This document shows, in pieces, positions 24,946-34,547 of a stretch of DNA of 34,547 nucleotides (the first letter of the stretch is position 1; every line of letters begins with the position of its first letter). The DNA comes from Trypethelium eluteriae (lineage: Eukaryota). The translations under genes and the position numbers were made by a program. The stretch is from NCBI GenBank assembly GCA_051942245.1, contig JAVECL010000226.1:1-34547 (forward strand), written 5' to 3'. The notes under the pieces are model-generated. The model was not told the DNA's origin and did no database searches. It saw only the letters and a program-made list of their open reading frames with translations.

Positions 24946-25214
24946 TATTTATATTCTATAGCTATACTTCCTCTTAATCTATAAAATGCTACTAATATAC
25001 CTAAACCTATAGCAGATTCTGCTCCAGCTATAGAGATAATATATATGGCATATATTTGACCTAATATGTCATCAAAAGTTAATGAGCTTATTAAAATTAA
25101 GAATGTAATAGCTAGTAACATAATTTCAATGGATATAAGCATTAAAATAATATTTTTTCTATTTAAAACAAAACCTAATATACCTATTAAAAATAGTATT
25201 AGTGACAAATTCAT
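24945..25214 (-). CDS. nad4L: NADH dehydrogenase subunit 4L
   Basis: [26 protein letters not shown]; 89 aa. Confidence 0.98.
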   Translation of the reverse strand: MNLSLILFLIGILGFVLNRKNIILMLISIEIMLLAITFLILISSLTFDDILGQIYAIYIISIAGAESAIGLGILVAFYRLRGSIAIEYK

Positions 25215-25276
25215 CTTTTTTTTTTATTTATATTATATATCAATAGTAAAAAGTTAATCTATTTACTAACTTTCTT

Positions 25277-25349
25277 TAAGAGCTACAGGTTTCGAACCCA
25301 TATCATGGTGATTAAAAGTCACATACTTTACCTATTAAGCTAAGCTCTC
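25277..25349 (-). tRNA. trnK: tRNA-Lys(TTT)
   Basis: Anticodon arm GTGA-CTTTTAA-TCAC. Confidence 0.92.
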
Positions 25350-25379
25350 TTAACATCATTATTTATGACGTAGCTATAA

Positions 25380-25470
25380 TTATGCTTGTAGCCTCTGAAA
25401 AGGCAAAACCTAAGATAGCATATGAAAAGAATTGCCCTATTAAAACAGGATTTATAGATATACCTGAGAT
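25380..25470 (-). pseudogene. atp9: Internal atp9 remnant
   Basis: [28 protein letters not shown] versus atp9 [28 protein letters not shown]; 25387..25425 is identical to 8641..8679. Confidence 0.9.
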
Positions 25471-25476
25471 AAATAG

Positions 25477-25818
25477 TTAACCTTTTGTATAAAATTTACC
25501 ATAAGTACGAGTATATATACCATCAGCGTTACCACCTTCTAGTGGTCATCTAACATGACTTCTCATTATAGGGTGTCTAAGATCCATCATTTCTAAATAC
25601 ATAGCTATTCTACTATTTTCTTTGTTTATTTTATCCTCTAATGCTATATTATTAGAATCAGAGACAAATGAAGCTTTAGCATTAAAATCTATGTAGATTT
25701 TTGAAAAATTAGACATAAGATGATATGTACTTAGTTGGTCGAAATTATTAATAAGTACCAAAATAACGTCTGATTGATAAGCAACTTGTTGCATATAATC
25801 AAGAACAGGATTTACCAT
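25477..25818 (-). CDS. Orphan ORF113 behind a duplicated atp9 leader; paralog of 18539..18820
   Basis: The track ORF extends through TGA(Trp) as WPLEGGNADGIYTRTYGKFYTKG*; ATG start, TAA at 25477. Confidence 0.75.
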
Positions 25819-26109
25819 AAATGCTTTATATAATTTACATAGTATTTTATATGAATCTAATATAAATTAAAAAATAAAAATTTTAAATATAATTGTATTT
25901 TTATATTACTAAATGATAGTATATAGACTATTTTGCGAGAAACAAAATTCGTTTACTTGCAGAATTTTTAAATTTAAACTTATTTTCCAAGTTACCCCTC
26001 CTGTTTGTGTATTATCTTGTAATATAACTAATTCTTATTGTTTCATATATTATATTACCATTATTATATTTTATGTTGTAAAATATACAGTGAACCAAAT
26101 AATACAATA

Positions 26110-26214
26110 TTTAAAAAGATTTATTGATAATATAACTAAAGATATAGGTAGTATTTACCTACAATATGTCGATATAACTAAAGGTAGGATAAATCGGATA
26201 TTCTCTGTACTATA
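26110..26214 (+). repeat. Diverged inverted homolog of 8307..8410, ending in the trnS(TGA) 3' end
   Basis: Gap-free ~104-nt alignment; LKRFIDNITKDIGSIYLQYVDITKGRINRIFSVL versus FRRKVNIITFVIGSTYLQNVDKPNDRLNQIFFVL; ends in aaatcggatattctctgta. Confidence 0.85.
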
Positions 26215-26677
26215 AAAAAAGTAATAAACACAACGCATTAATAAAAAAAAAAGGTTAATTACAATAAACATTAAGAGGGATAGGTACTCTATAATACAAC
26301 AAATTCTTTTCCTATATTAAAAATATATACAAACACTAACATAAATAAATATACACTATTTACTTTCACTTACACTAAATAAATTTGTATTAAAAAATTA
26401 AATTAATTTATATTAAAAATATAAAAATTTATATTAATTTATATATTTAAGTATATAATAATGGTATATAAACTATTAATAAAATTTTGCACATAAAATT
26501 TTTACTTTATGTTATATATACTGTTTTGTTTTAAAAATTTAACTCTCTATAAATAAAAATTTAACTTACAGTTTAAGCAGCATTAATTTTTCATTTACCT
26601 ATTAAGGTCTATACCAAAATATTTAATAAGATTTAAAATATCACTTAGATGTGAACAATAAATACAATAAATACAAT

Positions 26678-27010
26678 AAAAACGTTTAGTTAATATTTTT
26701 GATCTATATTTACGCTTTCTAGTTTAACTAAAGATAATTTTTTGCTATCATATAAAATTAAAGATTAGACATTTAAATTGCTTAATCTTTTTTATCTTTT
26801 ATATATAGGGATATACTAGGTTGACGTATGCCTAAATATCTAGCAGCCAACCCTACACTTTCAAAAATAGTAAGCTAGTGTCTTTTACTTTACTAGAATA
26901 ACAACGAGAGCCGGTTTTCACGAAAGCGAAACGTCTAACTTTTTTACTGGTGTACCCTTTAAGTATCCCATTTTGTCTAAATTAATATTGCCCTGATATA
27001 GGTCTATGGT
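26678..27010 (-). pseudogene. Internally deleted GIY-YIG-type homing endonuclease remnant directly 3' of atp6
   Basis: TIFESVGLAARYLGIRQPSISLYIKD is a NUMOD1-like motif; homologous to 2341..2575. Confidence 0.72.
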
Positions 27011-27013
27011 CAA

Positions 27014-27799
27014 TTAATGTAATTCTAAACAGTCTCTTATATAAGAAGCTGAAAGAACTACAAACACGTATGCCTGTATAAAAGAGATAGCAAGTTCCAA
27101 ACCACAAAATAATGTAATAAAGGATAGTATAGGTAAACCTGCAGCTAACGAGATACTTAAACTAAACATATTATAGCAAAAACCACTAAGAATACTTAAG
27201 AGCATATGCCCACTAACCATGTTAGCAGCAAGTCTTAAACCTAATGATACATTACGAGCTAAATATGATATAAATTCAATTAAAACTAAAACGGGTAATA
27301 GTCCTAAAGGGCACCCAGAAGGTACAAATAAAGAGAAGAATTTTAAACCATGTTTTTGAAAACCTAATATAGTTGCACCTAAAACAACAGTAAAACTAAG
27401 TGAAAATGTTAAAATAAAATGGCTTGTTGAAGCGAAACTATATGGTACCATACCTATTAAATTATTTATTAATATAAATGTAAATAATGCGTAGATAAAA
27501 GGAAAATAAACTTGTCCTTTTTTTTCATTTATTTGGCTTTTTACTATACCAATAACTGTATGATATATTGATTCTTGTCCTATAGATCAACTGTTTAACA
27601 TTACTTTATTATAGTTACTAGTTATTATATTTAGCGCTAAAGCGATAAAAGTAGCTATAATTAAGTATAAACTAATATTAGCTATAGAAATATTTATATC
27701 CCCTAGGATTGGTGCTTTTATACTTAATAAATCTCTAACTTCAAATTGATCTAGGGGACTATTGTAGTTTTCTTTATTTAATTCAAGTGTATAAAACAT
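27014..27799 (-). CDS. atp6: ATP synthase F0 subunit a (subunit 6)
   Basis: SPLDQFEV, GMVPYSFA, SLGLRLAAN..SGH, IQAYVF; 261 aa under code 4. Confidence 0.97.
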
Positions 27800-27894
27800 T
27801 ATTTATATTTTTTGTACTTAGAAAAGATATGTTTATTACTATATATTATTATAGTTGTATTAAAAATTTTAATATAAAAGATAGATCTAACTAA

Positions 27895-28224
27895 CTAAAT
27901 TTCATCAGGAGCTTCAGGAAAACCTGGTCTTTCAATCTCCTCATCCTCATCATATATATCATCTACATCCCCATACATTGGAGGATATGGATCTAGATCT
28001 GGATATGGTGCGGGTTGTGGTTCTGGATATGGGAATTCTTGCGGTTCTAGAAAATTTATTTGAATAATGATATCTTTAGGTATAAAAAGATCAAAACATA
28101 AATAAATTTTACTATATAAATCGTTTATACAACTTGAACTAAATAAAGTAAACATATCAATAGGAATAAAAACATAACAGAATAGACAAATTAGAAATAT
28201 AAATATTATTATATTTTTATTCAA
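27895..28224 (-). CDS. Orphan ORF109: hydrophobic N-terminus and Pro/Asp/Glu-rich tail
   Basis: Open frame with a PYPEPQPAPYPDLDPYPP and DDIYDEDEEIE tail; TTG start uncertain. Confidence 0.6.
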   Translation of the reverse strand: MNKNIIIFIFLICLFCYVFIPIDMFTLFSSSCINDLYSKIYLCFDLFIPKDIIIQINFLEPQEFPYPEPQPAPYPDLDPYPPMYGDVDDIYDEDEEIERPGFPEAPDEI

Positions 28225-28353
28225 AATTATTATTTTTTATAAGGAAAAAAAATATGTTTATTACCAAACATTTATGTATAATATATATATATATAGATTT
28301 GTTAATTTGTTAGTTGTTATTTATTTAACTAAACTATATATATATATATTTTT

Positions 28354-29508
28354 TTAGTTGTTATTTAAATCAACTAAACTATTTTCTAAAAGAGAAATAA
28401 ATGGTATTATTATTAGAAAATACATAAAATATATTATAGTACAGATTTGTCCTAACTCTATAAAAGGACTTTCTACATGAACTGCACCTAATTTCATTAA
28501 CAACAGGAAATCAGCTACAAATATAAAAAAAGCTATTCTACTTATAGATCTATATTGGATCCCATTCCCCTTATTTAAATCCATAAAAGGTAGAGTTAAT
28601 AATATAATAATAGCAGAAAACATAGCTATAACACCTAATAATTTATTAGGTATAGATCTTAATATAGCATAGAAAGGTAATAAATATCATTCCGGTACTA
28701 TTGCAGCAGGTGTTTGCATAGGATTAGCCATAACATAATTTTCACTATCACCTAAAACATTAGGCATAAAAAAAACAAAGATAGATAAAATTAATATAAA
28801 TAAAAAGATTGTTATTAAATCTTTAAATATAAAATAAGGTGAAAAAGGTAATCTATCATAAGTACCTGATACCCCTAATGGGTTACTTGAACCAGCACCA
28901 TCATGTAATACTATTAAATGCATTAAGACCAATGCAGCCAATACAAACGGTAATACAAAATGAAGAGCAAAAAATCTATTTAAAGTTGCGTTATTAACAG
29001 AAAAACCACCTCAAATAAACTCGACTATATCTTGTCCAACTCAAGGTATAGCACTCATTAAGTTAGTTATAACGGTTGCACCTCATAAACTCATTTGACC
29101 GTAAGGTAATACATAACCCAAGAAAGCTATAGCCATCATTAAGATAAATATAACTGTACCAATAGTTCAAACCAATGTTCTAGGTGCTTTATATGACCCA
29201 TAAAATAAACCTCTTCCTATATGTAAATAAACTAAGAAGAAAAAAGCTGATGCTGTATTTGAATGTAAATAACGTATTAATCATCCATTATTAACATCTC
29301 TCATAATGTGCTCAACAGAATTAAATGCTTCTAGTACACTAGGGTTATAGTGCATTGCTAAAGTAACACCTGTTATTATTTGTATAACTAAACAAAGTGC
29401 CAATAAAGAACCAAAATTTCACATATAACTTAAGTTAGAGGGTTGTGGTGCATCACCTAAAAAATCATTTACTAATCTAAATAAAGGGTTACTTTTAAGT
29501 ATTCTCAT
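28354..29508 (-). CDS. cob: Apocytochrome b, intronless
   Basis: [44 protein letters not shown]; 384 aa. Confidence 0.98.
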
Positions 29509-29604
29509 TATTACTATTAAAATTATTATTTTTCTTGTATATAGTAGTTATTTTATTATTATTTTGTTTTATTATACTATTTTTATTAAATATTAGTTTA
29601 AAAA

Positions 29605-29689
29605 TAGGAAGAAAAGGAATTGAACCTTTGACAGCCTTAACTATTGAGTTTACAGCTCAACCCGTCATACCAACAAACGGAACCTTCCT
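29605..29689 (-). tRNA. trnY: tRNA-Tyr(GTA)
   Basis: Anticodon arm TTGAG-CTGTAAA-CTCAA; long variable arm. Confidence 0.92.
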
Positions 29690-29699
29690 TTTAAAGATT

Positions 29700-31260
29700 T
29701 GTTGTTAATATTAATTAATCCCGTGCAATTTCCACTACACGAACCGTATTTCGACTTAACACTAATTAGAGTCACGCATACGAAGATTCTATGTTTGTAT
29801 ACCTAAAACTATTAATATAAAATATATAAACATTAACCAAACTTATTGCACATACTCCTTTCAGCGCCTGACGAGTGGTTAGTACCTATCTGAGATAATA
29901 TTCACCGTGCCATAGTGATACACGATTACTAGTAATTACTTTTTCATGTAGTCGAATTACAGACTACAATCCATATTATTTTATATCCTATTTTAGGGAT
30001 TAGCTAAAATTTGCATTTTTGCACCCCTTTGTTTAGGCATATGTGGCACGTCTCATTGCCCACAATATTAAGGTCATTACGACTAGTCTTACTCCCGGTT
30101 ATCAATATCCAATATAGCGGTGAACTAATCTATTAATATTTAAATAGAATATAGGATTACGTTAATTTAATGAATCTAACCAAAATCTCACAACATTAAC
30201 TGAAGACAACAATGCAACGCTTGTATAAATAAAGATATAAAAATATATATCTATTAAATATATTCAAATTGTGGTAAGGTTTTTTGAGGGTTAACAAATT
30301 GAACGACATACTTCACTACTGGTATCAGAAACGGTCTAATGATTTCAGTTCCTGCGTTGCCACATTACTCTTGAGGTGGAATGCTTACACTTTCATTTAT
30401 AGGATAAATATTATATCTATTCTATGACATTCATAATTCTCTGCCTGGACTACTGGGGTATCTAATCCTGTTTGCGCCCCAAGCCTTCGTCCCTCAACGT
30501 CAGTTAATATATAAAGGTTTGCTTTTGCCTTTACCAGTCTTAACAGTATCAAAAAATTACATCTCTACTCTGGTAATACTCACACAGTCCTCATGCATAT
30601 ATAACTCTAGTAAAAACGTTCCATTTAAGGCCTAATTCACCGTCTAGGTACCCTTTAAACCGATTTAAGATGAATAACACTTGTCTTCCTTGTGTTGCCG
30701 CGACTGCTGGCACAAGATTTGGTCAAGACATATAGATAAAACTTTGTCATTATCAATATTTTATCTAGAATTACATTCAAAGGTATTGAATTCTTAATTT
30801 AATAAAAATAATATATAAAGTTAAACCTAATATACTCTTTTTATTAAAATAAAAAGGCATTCCCACAAATTGCTGGTTCAGCCGTTAGGCTATTGACCAA
30901 TATTCCCCACTGCTGTACTATACATATTGGGGTTTTTTCAGACCCAATGTGGTCGATAAACCTTTCAGTTACGACTACGATATTAGGCTAGTTAAGCCAT
31001 TACCTTAACTACTACCTTACCGTGGATATTTATAATCGACTTAGAGCGAAAATATTTCTTATTTCCTTTTTACTATTTATTATAATAAATATTTATATAA
31101 GGGATTTTTTCCCTTACTCTAAGGTAGCCAAAATATCAAATACTCACCTGTACACCACTCTATTTTAAAATATTAATAAAAATAGCGTTCGATTAGCATG
31201 TGTCAAGCATTTGTACAGCGTTCAATCAGAGCCATCATCAAACTCAAAAAAAAAAAATAC
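29700..31260 (-). rRNA. rns: Mitochondrial small subunit rRNA; ends approximate
   Basis: - strand motifs GAGTTTGATGATGGCTCTGATTGAACGCT, GTGCCAGCAGTCGCGG, CAAACAGGATTAGATACCC, AAGTCGAAATACGGT. Confidence 0.96.
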
Positions 31261-31536
31261 ATATATTATTATTTATTTTAGATAAGCTTATATATATTTA
31301 ACTAAATAAAAGTTTATTTTAGATAAGAATAAGCTTATTTATTGTTTCACTACATAAATTTGTGATTTTTAGTAAAAAAAGTCTTAAGAGCTTTCATATT
31401 ACTAGGTGTTAACTTGAAATTTAGCTGCACCATACAATGCCATATCAGTAACTATACCCTTTAAGTAGGTTTTCCTCATAGTAAGTATTTAGTATAGTGA
31501 TATAAAATCTTATATACATATATATATAATAGGTAC

Positions 31537-32346
31537 TTATGAACCTCAGTAATATATAGATACAAATAAAAATAATCAAACAACATCTACAAAATGTCAA
31601 TATAATATACCCGCCTCTAAACCTAGATGGTGATTTTCAGTTACATGATAAGCTAAAACTCTTCACAAACCTACAGCTAAGAAAGCTGTTCCAATTATAA
31701 CATGTAAACCATGAAACCCTGTTCCAAAATAAAAACAAGAACCGAAAGTACCATCAGATAAGGTAAAGCTAGAAACAGAATATTCTATTACTTGAAATGC
31801 AGTAAATATAATAGCTAATATACCTGTAAAAACTAAACCATATAAAGCACCACTACGATTTCCTTGTATTAAGGAATGGTGGGCATATGTTACTGTTATA
31901 CCTGATGATAATAAAATAATTGTATTTAATAAAGGCAATTCAAAAGCATTAATGGACTCTATACCCATAGGTGGTCATTGTGCACCTAATTCAACAGTAG
32001 GTGATAATGCACTATGAAAAAAAGCTCAAAAAATGGCTAGAAAAAAAAAGGCTTCTGATACAATAAATAAACCAACACCCATATTTAAACCTCTTTGTAC
32101 TGCTAAAGTATGATTTCCTAAATATGTACCCTCAGATATGATATCCCTAAATCAAAAAGACATTGTAAATATTAATGTAAGTAAGGCTAGGATTAAACAA
32201 AATTCAATAGTATAAAAACCATGCATAGTTAAAACACCTGATGTTGTAAGAACCAATAAAGAAATACTGCTATAAACCGGTCAAGGTGACGGCGATACTA
32301 AATGAAAAGGATGTGCTTGGAAATTACTTCTTATTATATTAGACAT
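31537..32346 (-). CDS. cox3: Cytochrome c oxidase subunit 3
   Basis: [35 protein letters not shown]; 269 aa. Confidence 0.98.
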
Positions 32347-32430
32347 ATTATCTTTATTTTTTTTTTTTAGATATTCTATATCACATTTTAATTTAACAAT
32401 TTAAATACTAAACTTTTAAATTAAAATTAA

Positions 32431-32501
32431 GGATTCCTTAGCGAATCGAACGCTAATCCTACTCTTATCAAAAGTATACTTTACCTTTAAGTTAAGGAAT
32501 C
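32431..32501 (-). tRNA. trnI: tRNA-Ile(GAT)
   Basis: Anticodon arm TACTT-TTGATAA-GAGTA; acceptor GATTCCT/AGGAATC. Confidence 0.92.
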
Positions 32502-32531
32502 TTTACCTTTAAGTTAATAAATATTAAAAAG

Positions 32532-32603
32532 CAAGAGTACCCAGGTTTGAACTGGTATTTTGAAGTTTGAAGCTTCCTATTTTACCCATTAAATTATACT
32601 CTT
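32532..32603 (-). tRNA. trnW: tRNA-Trp(TCA)
   Basis: Anticodon arm GAAG-CTTCAAA-CTTC; the TCA anticodon supports TGA=Trp. Confidence 0.93.
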
Positions 32604-32717
32604 TATATTATATATGTATATAAAGTAAAGTATCTTTCTTTAGATTTATTATATAAATCTATCATTTAGATGATAACATTATATTTAGTATTTACAATTT
32701 TAATTTATATTTTATAT

Positions 32718-33371
32718 CTAACCTCTTTGTTTTAAGGTTATAACAATAGAACCTACCATAGCTAATAGTAATATTATTGATGTTATTATAAGTCATATAG
32801 AATAATTTGTATACATAATATTACCTATACTAGTAATATGGATATTTTCTGATAAATTATTATCTCAAACATTAGATATAACATATATTATATTATTAGT
32901 ATTATCTAAATTTTCATTTATTTCATTATTATTAGAATATAATAAATAATTAAAAAATAGATTAAGTTTATTAATATATGTACTTAATCTTATAAAATTA
33001 TAAGGTAATATAATATTAACAAAGTAATAAAAAATAGTACCAGTTATAAAAGCTAAAGGTATACTATTATTGGTTTCAGTTATAAGTTCAGAAACTCTTA
33101 TGTTAATCAACATCAATATAAATAAAAATAAAATGGAAACTGCACCAACATATACTAATAAATAAGATAAACCTATAAAATTTAAACCTAGTATTATTAA
33201 GTAACTTGATATTGACACAAATAAACCAATTAAACATAAAACTGATATTATTGGATTTTTAGTTATAATAACAAAAATACCAAACAATATACAGATTAAA
33301 AATAAAATATCTAATATTTCACTCTTATAGCCATTAGTATTAATTTCAGTTAATATATATAACTTAAAAAT
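32718..33371 (-). CDS. nad6: NADH dehydrogenase subunit 6 (non-ATG start, probably ATT)
   Basis: KNPIISVLCLI, YLLVYVGAVSILFLF, LLLAMVGSI; TAG at 32718; in-frame TAA at 33378 and no ATG before the conserved region. Confidence 0.94.
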
Positions 33372-33893
33372 TCCTTTTTATTAATTTTCTAGATATAAAA
33401 AAAATATAAATAATCCTTTTTTAATATTAAACTATTACATAGCTGAAATATAAAGTATAGCTATTAATTTTTATAGTATTTTATATAGTTTAAAAGTTAG
33501 AATATTTGGTTATTTAATCTAACATTTTAAAGCTTTATCTAAAAATAGAAAAATATATATAATATTTAATAAACTCGAATTTACATTAAATGTAAAATTG
33601 GGGTTTAACAATTTAAATATATAAGTAGATAACCTAAAATTTTTAAATAAAAATGTTTAATTAGGCTTAAAATATTTTAAGGCAATACTACCTATATTTA
33701 TATTAAACAATATTAATATATTATATATTAACTTTTCTATAAAAAGATATAAAAAACATTGTCCTATTATAGAGGTAAGACATAATTTACTTAGTTATTG
33801 CATTTATTGTAAAAATAAACATATAAATGCCTGTGGCTTAGATGAGCAATTAAACAATATTCTAGAATATTAACACATCTACTTAAAAAAAAA

Positions 33894-33998
33894 GTACAAA
33901 AATAAAAGTATTGTAGCTCTTGAGTATGGTATACTTTTATCTCTCCTATAAGTAATACCACATTATAATAATAGATATAGGGATGCATATAATAACAT
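33894..33998 (-). pseudogene. nad2: Duplicated nad2 5' end with a premature stop
   Basis: [32 protein letters not shown] versus nad2 [33 protein letters not shown]. Confidence 0.88.
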
Positions 33999-34003
33999 TA
34001 AAT

Positions 34004-34547
34004 TTATAATTCTTGTAGTCAAATTAAAAATTTTTCTAAAGAAACAGATTGTATTACTATTGGCATAGAACTATGTAATATACCACATATTTCTGAACAT
34101 TGTCCATAAAATGTCCCTTCTCTGTTTATAAGAACAGACATTTGATTTAATCTACCTGGATAAGCATCACATTTAAGACCTAAAGCTGGTGAAGCAAAGG
34201 AATGAATAACATCTGCTGCAGTTGTTATAAATCTTACATGTGTTAGTTCAGGTAATATAATTCTATTATCTACTTCTAACATTCTTAGTGCTCCGTCTTC
34301 TAAGTCTGATTCTGGTACTAAATAAGAATCAAACTCTATAAATTCATCTTCATTATTTAAAAAGTCTGGATATTGGTAACTTCAATATCATTGGTGACCT
34401 TCTGCTAATATTGATAAACTAGGATCTGTAACTTCATCCATTAAATATAATAATTTAAAGGATGGAAATGCTATTAAAATTAGTATAAGTGCTGGTGTAA
34501 TTGTTCATATTAATTCTATTAAAGTTCCATGGTTAAGATATTTATTA
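34004..34547 (-). CDS. cox2: Cytochrome c oxidase subunit 2, 5'-truncated in this window
   Basis: [42 protein letters not shown] (CuA site); TAA at 34004. Confidence 0.96.

Noticed and set aside
25913..26215. 100-aa + strand ORF as an intact gene
   Set aside because: Its start lies antisense within the duplicated atp9 leader; only the last ~35 codons have support from the homolog at 8307..8410.
31300..31500. Possible rnpB between cox3 and rns (GAGGAAAACC ... ACAATAAATAAGCTTAT)
   Set aside because: The two motifs do not pair into a convincing P4 helix.
33791..33988. 65-aa track ORF downstream of cox2
   Set aside because: It is an alternative frame over the nad2 5' pseudocopy.

Overview
This window is an almost complete, very AT-rich mitochondrial genome of a filamentous ascomycete (Pezizomycotina; Dothideomycete-like is an inference from the tRNA clusters and the lack of an rps3-bearing rnl intron). 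It uses genetic code 4 (TGA=Trp), so the supplied ORF track breaks most genes at Trp codons. All functional genes are on the - strand: cox1 (one group I intron with an in-frame LAGLIDADG ORF), cox3, cob, nad1-6, nad4L, atp6, atp9, the 3' ~70% of cox2, rnl, rns and 26 tRNAs covering all 20 amino acids. I could not find atp8, rps3 or the 5' part of cox2. The first 136 nt are identical to the last 136 nt. The most unusual feature is the intergenic DNA. It holds orphan ORFs that are repeatedly bracketed by duplicated pieces of core genes: leaders or 5' ends of atp9, cob, nad2 and trnP/rnl, and internal or 3' fragments of atp9, cox1, cox2, nad6 and trnS. These include a pair of paralogous ~95-113 aa ORFs in frame with cox1 and with an atp9 remnant, and two membrane-anchor/acidic/Cys-rich proteins. 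Several decayed GIY-YIG homing endonuclease genes are also present. All translations and alignments were done by eye; no database searches were run.
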